This document shows positions 31,316 to 42,500 of a stretch of 64,000 nucleotides of DNA, one piece after another (the stretch's first letter is position 1; the number at the start of each line of letters is the position of its first letter). This DNA is from Eledone cirrhosa (lineage: Eukaryota): the NCBI GenBank assembly GCA_964016885.1, contig OZ024741.1:70804001-70868000 (forward strand), read 5' to 3'. The notes under the pieces are model-generated. The model had not been told where the DNA came from, did no database searches, and was given only the letters and a program-made list of their open reading frames with translations. The translations under genes and the position numbers were made by a program.

Positions 31316-31316
<1 letters not shown>

Positions 31317-31376
31317 ACCTAACGTTTTGAGTTCTGTTTGAATAGTTGAATAATCAACAAATTAAATAACTCATTG

Positions 31377-31448
<72 letters not shown>

Positions 31449-31509
31449 CAATGAGTTATTTAATTTGTTGATTATTCAACTATTCAAACAGAACTCAAAA
31501 CGTTAGGTT
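31316..31509. repeat. Perfect 194-bp palindrome centred on (TA)n
   Basis: 63-bp unique arms are exact reverse complements around a ~68-bp TA core. Confidence 0.95.
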
Positions 31510-31550
31510 TTAGTTTTGAATATGTCACTATCTGTAAAACAACTTTTGTA

Positions 31551-31609
31551 TTTTATCTGATGAGAGCATACCAAAATTTTGGTACCCTTGAAATATATAT
31601 ATAATAAAA
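31551..31609 (+). ncRNA. Type I hammerhead ribozyme
   Basis: ttttat CTGATGA gagca-taccaaa-at-tttggta-ccctt GAAA tatatata TA ataaaa. Confidence 0.75.
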
Positions 31610-31830
31610 TAAATATGGTTTTATAAAGATAGTTTCCATTTATTAATATCATTGATATATATATATATATATATATAATAAATCCGAGTCTCTTATTTAT
31701 TATACTAAAACTCCGGGTAATACCTTACAGAGAAAATCCTAAGGAATACAAACCGTAGAGTGCTTTACATCTGTTTACAAAAGAGTCGGCAGATTTTTGA
31801 TCAACCAACTTTCATCAACTATATATATAT

Positions 31831-32025
31831 AATAAAATAAAAAAAGGATGAGTGGTCACTCCATCATTACGTTTATAAAAATGTAATGAAGGAGTAACCA
31901 CTCATCCTTGATTTATTTTATTATACTACACTCTGCCTAACTCTACACCTCGATAAAGATGTGAACCTAAACATTGAGTGCTCACTCGGGTGAGCCTACA
32001 GTAACTCTGTGTTACACTCCCTGGA
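31831..32025 (+). mobile_element. Fold-back PLE terminal fragment
   Basis: Imperfect inverted repeat 31831-31922, then ACATTGAGTGCT (31971-31982), ends in (TA)n. Confidence 0.55.
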
Positions 32026-32526
32026 TATATATATATATATTTGAAAAAAGGAAAAGAATCACTTCGCTTGTAGTTGGTATTCTATAACAATTTAATTTTA
32101 TAATTTTACAATTTTATAATTATACTATGTATATCTAATATACACTCACTGTAAATGAGGTTGGTGTTAGGAAGGGCATCCAGCTGTAGAAATAAAGCCA
32201 GAATCAGTTCCCGTCCCACCCTTGCAAGCAGGGAAAAGTAGACGTAAAATGAAATGATGATGATGATGATGATGATGATGATATGTACATAATGAATTAT
32301 CGAAATGGTGAGTGATTTGAAATTTGAAAATGTGGGAATCCCAAATGTAGAAAAAAAAACTCTAACAACAGTCGATTGCTATAATTTCTAGCTTAGAAAA
32401 AAGGAGGAAAACACACATGGAGATGTAAATAGGTGGCTTGTAGCCCCCATGGTTTCCTAAGATATTATTCATAATTATCAACTGTTGTTACAGTTATTTT
32501 CCCACATTTTCCAATATGCATACATA

Positions 32527-32765
32527 TCATCATCGTCATCATCATCGATTAATGTCTATCTTCCACGCTAGCATGGGTTAGATGGATTTGTCCCATTTAG
32601 AGGCAAGTTGGGTCGGGCGACCGTGTCTCACTCATATAAGAGAGTTTCTGACAGGTTTTCTATGACTGGATGCCCTTCCTAATGCCAACCACATTGACAG
32701 TGTGTGCTGAGTTCTTTTACACGTCCACTTTACAGTGTGGACTGGATATTTTGTGGTACCAGTAT
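32527..32765 (-). mobile_element. RTE 3'-UTR fragment
   Basis: Reverse complement of the RTE 3' UTR with (ATC)n; other stubs at 32140-32282, 33495-33595 and 37023-37180. Confidence 0.8.
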
Positions 32766-33128
32766 AATATACATATATATATATATATACATACATGCAC
32801 ACATGATAATGATATACACAAATATAAATATTTGTGTGTGCATACATATACCTTATATGTAATATACATACACATATCAGACATATACAAACACACTTTA
32901 TATATATATATATACACACACATAAATATATCAACCTCATCAAAGAGTGTAATACTAATAATAATATGGACGAGGTGTCAAATTTTCCTTACATTCACTG
33001 TGGTGTGATGTGCGTTTCACAATTGATTAGCTCAAGGTTCGATCTGGCTCGACTATGGAATCAAAAACTCATCAGACTTCTGTTATGGTAATGACATTAT
33101 ATATTTCTATATATATAATCCTTTTATA

Positions 33129-33310
33129 AAGGCTAAATAGAGAGTCTTATTACTCTGGAGTTTTACCTGTTTCTCACAGGCTCATCAGACAAGAACCTGT
33201 GAGAAGCAGGCAAAACTCAAGAGTAACAAAACTCACTATTTAGCCTTAATGAAATGAATATTTAAACTCTACTTCGGTATTGAGTACTCTTCTCAGACGT
33301 CAATTACATA
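33129..33310. mobile_element. Fold-back hammerhead element, copy 1
   Basis: Inverted arms 33129-33180 / 33196-33247; minus-strand hammerhead 33145-33194 with GAAA read as AAAA; GTATTGAGTACT at 33277. Confidence 0.85.
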
Positions 33311-33592
33311 TGGGTATTTACACACAGTGAGATATGTGCTAGCAGCCAAAAAGTGTGATAAAGTTATATCTGTATAAATACAGTGTGTGTAAACAAGACT
33401 GCACCATTGTGTATAAATATATATACATATCTAATACGAATTTCCCTATAAATTGAAAATACATACATAAATATATATATATATATATATATACATATGA
33501 GCGAGACACGGTCACCCGACCCAACTTGCCTCAAATGGGACAAACCCGTCTAACCCATGCTAGTGTGGAAGATAGACATTAAACAATAATGA

Positions 33593-33633
<41 letters not shown>

Positions 33634-33644
33634 TATACATAAAT

Positions 33645-33681
<37 letters not shown>

Positions 33682-33838
33682 GGTGATAACTAACTGCTTC
33701 TAGCAATGAACCTACTTGCCATACGGCCTATCCTTCACAACACTTCTATCTTGACCACTAGCCACGTGATATTTCTCACCCCTTTTGAATTCATTACTAA
33801 CGGTGATCACTTTAGAAACTTTGGTCCTAACTGAGGGA

Positions 33839-33923
33839 GTCTCTTGAAAAGCTTGGAGCTCATGGATAATGCAATGATTAGACATATCCACAAAGTACAA
33901 GCGAAACTATCGATAGTTGGGAC
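33839..33923 (+). ncRNA. Type I hammerhead ribozyme, U3-A8 core variant
   Basis: gtctc TTGAAAA gcttg...tggata...tatcca...caagc GAAA ctat-cg-atag TT gggac. Confidence 0.75.
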
Positions 33924-34809
33924 TGGAGGAATTTTTAGTAATGTTTACCTATATTTTTTTCTTCAAACTTACATTTTAAACTTAGCTCCATTTAAATGAT
34001 TATTTATCTGGTTAATTTCTACGGACTAAGAAGAAAAAATTGGATAAATTTTGTCTGACTATTCTCCAAATTTATAATTTTATATATATAAATATATAGT
34101 TTAATCTTTTTAGATTCTTTGTTTAATATAACTCTATTTAATTATTTAGTTAGTCATTTGAATTATTTTAGGATATTTTCTAGTTAGTACTTTATACTTA
34201 ATCATGTATTCTTTAATGTTTTAACTAGGTTAACTTCAGTAATTTTAGCTTTGAGACTTTCCATTGTTGTTGATTGTTGATTGAATATAGGCGTTTCAGT
34301 TTCCTTATTGTATTTCTTTTCACACATTTTTCTTTGGCTTTCAAATTAAGTTTAAAAAAGTAGGTTATGTTTGATGTATTTAATAAATATATGCAAATAA
34401 ATTGTTCAGGATGGGTTTCTTTAGGATAAATACAATAGCAGTGATGTCAGGTTTTAAACTAGCATTTAAAAAGTTTTAAAAAGTTTTATCTGTTAGTCAT
34501 GGCAGTGGTCTAGTTGGTGTAAACTAATAAGCAATGGGGTCATAGTCCCTGCAGATAATAATAGATAGTGATTAATGTCTATTCTTATACAAAAACTGAC
34601 ATTTTTACATGCCTACATGTAAGATATGTGTATATATTTATACAGTTGATGCAGCCACAGTTACACACTCTGTATTTATACATATTTATACAGATATATT
34701 TTGATATATTTTAATGCATCATCATCATCATCGTTTAATGCTAGCATGAATATAGATATTTGTGTGTGTATGTATATATATATATATATATAAGTTTTAA
34801 TATAGATGA

Positions 34810-34858
34810 GATTCTACAGGACTAGAACTGTTTCATTCTTTAGAAATCATCAGGAATC
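34810..34858 (-). ncRNA. Type I hammerhead ribozyme (mirror copy)
   Basis: Exact reverse complement of 34862-34910. Confidence 0.85.
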
Positions 34859-34861
34859 CCT

Positions 34862-34910
34862 GATTCCTGATGATTTCTAAAGAATGAAACAGTTCTAGTC
34901 CTGTAGAATC
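34862..34910 (+). ncRNA. Type I hammerhead ribozyme
   Basis: gattc CTGATGA t-ttct-aa-agaa-t GAAA cag-ttctagtc-ctg TA gaatc; GUA triplet. Confidence 0.85.
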
Positions 34911-34993
34911 TCATCTATATTAAAACTTTTATACTCTGCAATGTATTGAGTACCTTACTTACTGTGGTTACCTCCGATTCAACCCGGAATAAC

Positions 34994-35085
<92 letters not shown>

Positions 35086-35090
<5 letters not shown>

Positions 35091-35282
35091 AACAAGTAAG
35101 ACCCCGACGGCTGAGCTCAAGCCGTTTCGACGGCTAATTCTGGACTGTCCAGAATTAGCCGTCAAAACGGCTTGAGCTCAGCCGTCGGGGTCTTACTTGT
35201 TCCTATTACCCACTCTACTACCCTAAGTATTGAGTACTTTGGTGCGTTATGGTCCACCTGGTTCCTTACCACATTTCCTTTG

Positions 35283-35284
<2 letters not shown>
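35086..35284. mobile_element. Fold-back element made of hammerhead 3' halves
   Basis: 60-bp arms around T35146 (1 mismatch); gtc GAAA cggct-tgagctc-agccg TC ggggtc; GTATTGAGTACT at 35227. Confidence 0.8.
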
Positions 35285-35319
<35 letters not shown>

Positions 35320-35419
35320 GAGGTGAGTTTTATTGTAGTACAATAAAGCAATGCAGATATCGGATAAGAAGCACTCTACAGTTTGTGGGACTGGAGTATG
35401 CATAATATAAGATCAAAAC

Positions 35420-35803
35420 CTCGATAAAAACTTAATTTATGAATGTAAAATTATAACTAGCACCAATTCCTTCACCTATTTTGGCTCCACTTCCACCTCT
35501 TTTAAAGCTCGTCTCTATAATCATCATTCATCTTTCAAATACAAACTTAAAAGAACTAACACTGCTCTCTCAGAACTCATATGGTCCTTAAAAGACAAAA
35601 ACATTAAATATAACATCTTTTGGAAAAAGATTTCTTCTGCATCCTCATACTTGAACAGCTCTCTATCTAAAATCTGTAATCTCTGCCTAAATGAAAAATT
35701 TACCATTATCTCTAACCTAGATTCTATAATAAATAGACGCTCAGATTTGTTTTCTATCTGCCTGCATAAATTCCATAGAACTTTTCACAAAGTATACAGT
35801 TAA
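35420..35803 (+). pseudogene. PLE GIY-YIG endonuclease domain (no start codon, absent from the ORF track)
   Basis: Manual translation LDKNLIYECKIITSTNSFTYFGSTSTSFKARLYNHHSSFK..TALSELIWSLK..ICNLCLNEKFTI..NRRSDLFSICLH..* aligns by eye with PLE-1 and PLE-2. Confidence 0.9.
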
Positions 35804-36781
35804 TATTCAATTCTTTATCAATTTAGAATCTTTTCTCAAAGGCACATATACATACACCTCTTTAAAATATACCCATCTACCTTACTTTAAAGGGCATTAT
35901 ACACTCTATAATACTCGTTTACTCATTACCCTCATTCTATCTTCTCGTAAAATAATAACATTTGTTTTTGTCATTTTGAATATTCATCCGCAATCATTAT
36001 TATTTTTTCTCTCTATCATAAATCTTTTTAATCTCAATTTCATCCTTAATTTATTATTATTTTTTTCTCCCCATCAACGAACTCATTATTAATACATATC
36101 AATTCAATATACAAACTTTAACTTCACATTATTTTTCTCAAATCCTTCTACACACAAACCTTAACAATTTTTCTCTTCGCTAATTTTGAAATTGCCACAA
36201 TACATACATTTCTTCTTTTGACGTTAGAATATTCACCCACAATTATTATTTTTTTCTCTCTATCTTCATACATAATTTCCCTTCGTTAATTTTCAAATTC
36301 CTTTAATTTATACATTATCTTCCAACGGTTCCCAACCTCTCTATATTAAAACAATATATCTTTTTCTCAGTTATAAAAACTATCTCTTTCTCTCTATCAC
36401 CCATCTCTCCCTCTCCACCTTCACTCTCATCTCCTCCCCCCTTTTTTTCATCCTTTCCACCCCCCCTCCCTAAATAAAATATTTTTTCCTCGCACATATC
36501 CTCCCTTCGTTAATTTTCAAAATTTTTAATTTATACAGTATCTTCAAACGGTTTTCAACCCCTCTATGTAAAAAATATATCTCCTCTCAGTTATAAAAAC
36601 TATCTCTTTCTCTCTATCACCCATCTCTCCCTCTCATCTCCTTCCCTTTTCATCCCCCCCCCCCTCTCTAAATAAAATATTTTTCCCAATATCACACATC
36701 AATCTAAAACCACTTTTCATATGTTGATTTAAAACTGCACTATCAACAAGTGTTTTTTAGCCTTCATATCATGTTCTCCTG

Positions 36782-36848
36782 TTTTATCTGATGAAAACAC
36801 AAATATTATTGCTTGATGATGTTTGTTTTTGAAATGCGCATAATAAAA
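36782..36848 (+). ncRNA. Type I hammerhead ribozyme in the PLE-3 terminus
   Basis: ttttat CTGATGA aaacacaaatattatt-gctt-gatgatgtttgttttt GAAA tgcgca TA ataaaa; palindromic stem III. Confidence 0.88.
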
Positions 36849-37260
36849 TATATGGAACTCCTTTAACCATCTTTTGATCTTATATTATATATATATATAT
36901 ATATATATATTTGTATATATATTTGTATATATATATATATATATATTTGTATATATATAATATATATTTGTATATATATATAATATATATTTGTATATAT
37001 ATATAATATATATTTGTATATGATTGGTGTTAGGAAGGGCATCCAACTGTAGAAAACCTGCCAGACAGTCCTATGCGAGCAAGACAATCACTCTTGCCTC
37101 AAGTGGGACTACCCCCGTCCAAACCCATGCAAGCGTGGAACACGGACGTTAAACGTTGATGATGATGATGATGATGATGATATATATATATATATATATT
37201 TGTATATATATAATATATATTTGTATATATATAATATATATGTGTATATATATATATATA

Positions 37261-37327
<67 letters not shown>

Positions 37328-37501
37328 ATGTATATATATATATATTTGTATGTATATATATATATATTTGTATGTATATATATATATATTTGTATATATA
37401 TAATTGTTTCTACTTTTGGCACAAGGCCAGCAATTACCCAGTGCATCACTGGTACTTTATTTTATTGACCCCGTAAGGATATATTTGTATTCATATATGT
37501 A

Positions 37502-37739
37502 ATATTATAATATTTATGTTCAAACTCAGAACAAAAGCACTACCCAAGGTTTCCAAGCCCAAATTTGACCATACCTCAGAAATACAAGAGACATCAAATT
37601 AGTGGCCTTTCTTCAGGCACTTATACTGAAGAAGGTCACTAATTTTATGCCTCTTGTATTCCGGAGGCATGGTCAAATCTGGGCTTGGAAACCTTGGGTA
37701 GCGCTTTTGTTCTGAGTTTGAACATAAATATTATAATAT
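37502..37739. mobile_element. Fold-back element with two head-to-head hammerhead cores
   Basis: ~115-bp imperfect arms (37502-37616 / 37626-37739), 9-nt loop; CTGAAGA...GAAAccttgggTA on both strands. Confidence 0.85.
37535..37622 (-). ncRNA. Type I hammerhead ribozyme, sense to the host gene
   Basis: Minus strand: aagtgc CTGAAGA aaggcc..aatttga..tcaaatt.gggcttg GAAA cc-ttg-gg TA gtgctt. Confidence 0.75.
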
Positions 37740-37742
37740 AAA

Positions 37743-37781
<39 letters not shown>

Positions 37782-37918
37782 AATATATATTGTAGATACA
37801 TTTGCATGTATATCTGTATGTATGTAATGCACATATGTGTGTATGTAAATGCATGTATTTATGTTTTTGACATCAAAACTAAGGTCATGCTAAGGCATTG
37901 GATTATATATGTAAGTAG

Positions 37919-37969
<51 letters not shown>

Positions 37970-38079
37970 CCAATGTGTATAAGCATGTAAAGGAAAGAGA
38001 AAGGGGAAAAGAAACAATAGCAAGCATGTAATAAAAATAAAAAATATTGAAAAAGAAAGACAAGTAATAATTCTTTGTA

Positions 38080-38300
38080 TCTAACATTGCCTCAAGATCA
38101 ACAATTTCTTTTTTGGGGTTGTGGGTGGGGGGAAGAAAAGTCGACTAAATCAACCCCAGTACTTGGCTGGTACTATATTTTATCAACCCTGAGAGGATGA
38201 AAGGCAATGTTGACCTCAGTGGGATTTAAAATCAGAACATAAAGCACCAAACAAATACAGCTATGCATTTATTTGACACTCTAATGGTTCTGCCAATTAT
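38080..38300 (-). mobile_element. tRNA-derived SINE (Meta/MESC-like), decayed
   Basis: Same family as 24194-24595; further fragments at 38615-38745, 38758-38862, 39005-39063 and 37400-37480. Confidence 0.75.
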
Positions 38301-38493
38301 AAAAACTACAAATATAACAAAAAAAAAACTGTAAAGCACATGCTGAATGGAAGATGCAGTTTAATAGCTAGGGCAGAGATGCACAGCAGGCTGCAACAGC
38401 AACAGCAAAGGACATTGGCCAGGCCTGTATTCCTCAGTTATGGACAGATAAGGTAGGGCTCATGCTGTGGTGTGGAGTGGATAGTATTGTGAT

Positions 38494-38568
38494 TCATACC
38501 CATTGACCCTTTGGATAAACAACTTCCATTTCATAGTTTGGAGTTTTATTACTGCCATCTTGCATAGA
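38494..38568 (-). CDS. PLEKHA1: PLEKHA1/2 (TAPP)-like gene, probable last coding exon (SMQDGSNKTPNYEMEVVYPKGQWV*)
   Basis: Strong acceptor ttttctattttcag, phase 0 matching the previous exon, open to TGA; the sequence itself is not recognisably conserved. Confidence 0.6.
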   Translation of the reverse strand, partial: SMQDGSNKTPNYEMEVVYPKGQWV

Positions 38569-39537
38569 CTGAAAATAGAAAATACAATGAAATTGATTTA
38601 CAACAATATTAAGTAATGGTATCTAATTTAAACACAAGGTCAGCAATTCAGGGAGAGGAGGGAGAGTCGATTATATCACCACCAGTATTCTACTGGTACT
38701 ATATTTTATTGACTGGATTAAAGTTAAAGTTGACCTCAGCGGGATTTTCTAACTGAAGCACAAGGCCAGGGAGAGGTGGTAAGTCAATTATATTGGTCCC
38801 AGTACTGATACTTTATCTTATCAAACGAGGAAAGATGAAAGGCAAAGTTGACCTCAGCGGATATACAAGAATAATAAATAAAGGAACACTGCATTGGAAT
38901 AAATTATTAACATAGAAAGCATGAACAGAAAATATAATCAAACAGATAGGCCTATGAACAAAGACATTCCAGTTCTGACAATTCCAGCTTATTTTCAAGT
39001 AGTAAATAATTGTTTCTACTTTTGGCACAAGGCCAGCAATTACCCAGTACATTACTGGTACTTAATATAATCCTAGATATAGCAAGTGTTGTACTGATTA
39101 TGGTGGCCACAAGGCCAACCCATGCTTTAGCAGGCAAAATGACCTTAAAAAGACTCGCTATACACAATGGTAAATACAATGATGATGATGATAACAAATG
39201 TGAATGTGGTGATGATGAAGATGATGATGAAAATAGTGATACTAGTAGTATTTGAAAGTGTTAAGTAGAATTTGATTTAATGGAAATTTGACTACTGTTT
39301 CTAGCATGTGTGTCTCTATGGTAGGTGTCCATGTTAGTGTTGCAAAATTCTTTTGAATGTCTTCATTAATATTTAAATAATAAAACATCTGGTGAATAAA
39401 TTAAATTAACTAGAAATGAAGATTGAGGTGGGAAAAGGGTGGACTGGATGTTTCAGAGTGAGGAGGGTAAGTTGGATGGGGGGGGGGGGAATAAGTATTG
39501 TCTTGGCTACATTTTACATTGGTTGTTAAATAAATTA

Positions 39538-42500
39538 ACAACAGCAGTAACAACAACAGTTACAAGAACAACAGCAGTAACAACAGTAACAACAACAGTT
39601 ACAAGAACAACAACACTAACAATAACAATAACAGTAACAATAACAATAACAACAGTAACAACAACAGTAACAAGAACAACACTAACAACAACAGTAACAA
39701 CAACAGTAACAAGAACAACACTAACAACAGTAACATTAACAACAACAGTAAGAACAACAGTAACAACAACAGTAACACTAACAACAACAGTAACAAGAAC
39801 AACAACAGTAACAAGAACAACAACACTAACAACAACAGTAACAAGAACAACAACAGTAACAAGAACAACAACACTAACAACAACAGTAACAACAACACTA
39901 ACAACAGTAACAAGAACAACAACACTAACAACAACACTAACAACAACAGTAACAACAACAGTAACAACAACAGTAACAAGAACAACAACACTAACAACAA
40001 CAGTAACAACAACAACAACAACAGTAACAACAACAACAGTAACAATAACAACAACAGTAACAAGAACAACAACACTAACAACAACAGTAACAATAACAAC
40101 AACACTAACAACAACAGTAACAAGAACAACAACACTAACAACAACACTAACAACAACAGTAACAAGAACAACAACACTAACAACAACACTAACAACAACA
40201 GTAACAAGAACAACAACACTAACAACAACAGTAACAAGAACAACAACACTAACAACAACAGTAACAACAACACTAACAACAGTAACAAGAACAACAACAC
40301 TAACAACAACACTAACAACAACAGTAACAACAACACTAACAACAACAGTAACAAGAACAACAACACTAACAACAACAGTAACAACAACAACAACAACAGT
40401 AACAACAACAACAACAGTAACAATAACAACAACAGTAACAAGAACAACAACACTAACAACAACAGTAACAATAACAACAACAGTAACAACAACAGTAACA
40501 AGAACAACAACACTAACAACAACAGTAACAAGAACAACAACACTAACAACAACACTAACAACAACAGTAACAAGAACAACAACACTAACAACAACAGTAA
40601 CAAGAACAACAACACTAACAACAACAGTAACAACAACACTAACAACAGTAACAAGAACAACAACACTAACAACAACACTAACAACAACAGTAACAACAAC
40701 ACTAACAACAACAGTAACAAGAACAACAACACTAACAACAACAGTAACAACAACAACAACAACAGTAACAACAACAACAACAGTAACAATAACAACAACA
40801 GTAACAAGAACAACAACACTAACAACAACAGTAACAATAACAACAACAGTAACAAGAACAACAACACTAACAACAACAGTAACAAGAACAACAACACTAA
40901 CAACAACAGTAACAAGAACAACAACACTAACAACAACAGTAACAACAACACTAACAACAGTAACAAGAACAACAACACTAACAACAACACTAACAACAAC
41001 AGTAACAACAACAGTAACAAGAACAACAACACTAACAACAACAGTAACAACAACACTAACAACAGTAACAAGAACAACAACACTAACAACAACACTAACA
41101 ACAACACTAACAACAACACTAACAACAACAGTAACAACAACACTAACAACAACAGTAACAAGAACAACAACACTAACAACAACAGTAACAACAACAACAA
41201 CAACAGTAACAATAACAACAACACTAACAACAACAGTAACAATAACAACAACAGTAACAACAACAGTAACAAGAACAACAACACTAACAACAACAGTAAC
41301 AAGAACAACAACACTAACAACAACAGTAACAAGAACAACACTAACAACAACAGTAACAAGAACAACAACACTAACAACAACAGTAACAACAACACTAACA
41401 ACAGTAACAAGAACAACAACACTAACAACAACACTAACAACAACAGTAACAACAACACTAACAACAACAGTAACAAGAACAACAACACTAACAACAACAG
41501 TAACAACAACAACAACAACAGTAACAACAACAACAACAGTAACAATAACAACAACAGTAACAAGAACAACAACACTAACAACAACAGTAACAATAACAAC
41601 AACAGTAACAAGAACAACAACACTAACAACAACACTAACAACAACAACAACACTAACAACAACAGTAACAAGAACAACAACACTAACAACAACAGTAACA
41701 ACAACACTAACAACAGTAACAAGAACAACAACACTAACAACAACACTAACAACAACAGTAACAACAACACTAACAACAACAGTAACAACAACAACAACAA
41801 CAGTAACAACAACAACAACAGTAACAATAACAACAACAGTAACAAGAACAACAACACTAACAACAACAGTAACAATAACAACAACAGTAACAACAACAGT
41901 AACAAGAACAACAACAGTAACAACAACACTAACAACAGTAACAAGAACAACAACACTAACAACAACACTAACAACAGTAACAACAACACTAACAACAACA
42001 GTAACAAGAACAACAACACTAACAACAACAGTAACAACAACAACAACAACAGTAACAACAACAACAACAGTAACAATAACAACAACAGTAACAACAGTAA
42101 CAATAACAACAACAGTAACAACAACAACAGTAACAAGAACAACAACACTAACAACAACAGTAACAATAACAACAACAGTAACAACAACAGTAACAAGAAC
42201 AACAACACTAACAACAACACTAACAACAACAGTAACAAGAACAACAACACTAACAACAACACTAACAACAACAGTAACAATAACAACAACAGTAACAAGA
42301 ACAACAACAGTAACAATAACAACAACAGTAACAATAACAACAACAGTAACAAGAACAACAACAGTAACAACAGTAACAATAACAACAACAGTAACAAGAA
42401 CAACAGTAACAATAACAACAACAGTAACAAGAACAACAGTAACAACAACAACAACAGTAACAACAACAACAACAGTAACAATAACAACAGTAACAATAAC

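Larger units (their letters stand above)
34792..34994. mobile_element. Fold-back element with two head-to-head hammerheads
   Basis: Perfect 67-bp arms (34792-34858 / 34862-34928), 3-nt loop; GTATTGAGTACC at 34943; flanked by (TA)n. Confidence 0.9.
35420..36888 (+). mobile_element. Penelope-like retroelement (PLE-3), 5'-truncated
   Basis: GIY-YIG frame, ~1.1-kb pyrimidine-rich 3' UTR with an internal ~230-bp tandem duplication, terminal hammerhead, then (TA)n. Confidence 0.88.

Noticed and set aside
32990-33085. Minus-strand CTGATGA...GAAA hammerhead candidate
   Set aside because: Stem II is plausible, but no NUH site or stem I partner could be found.
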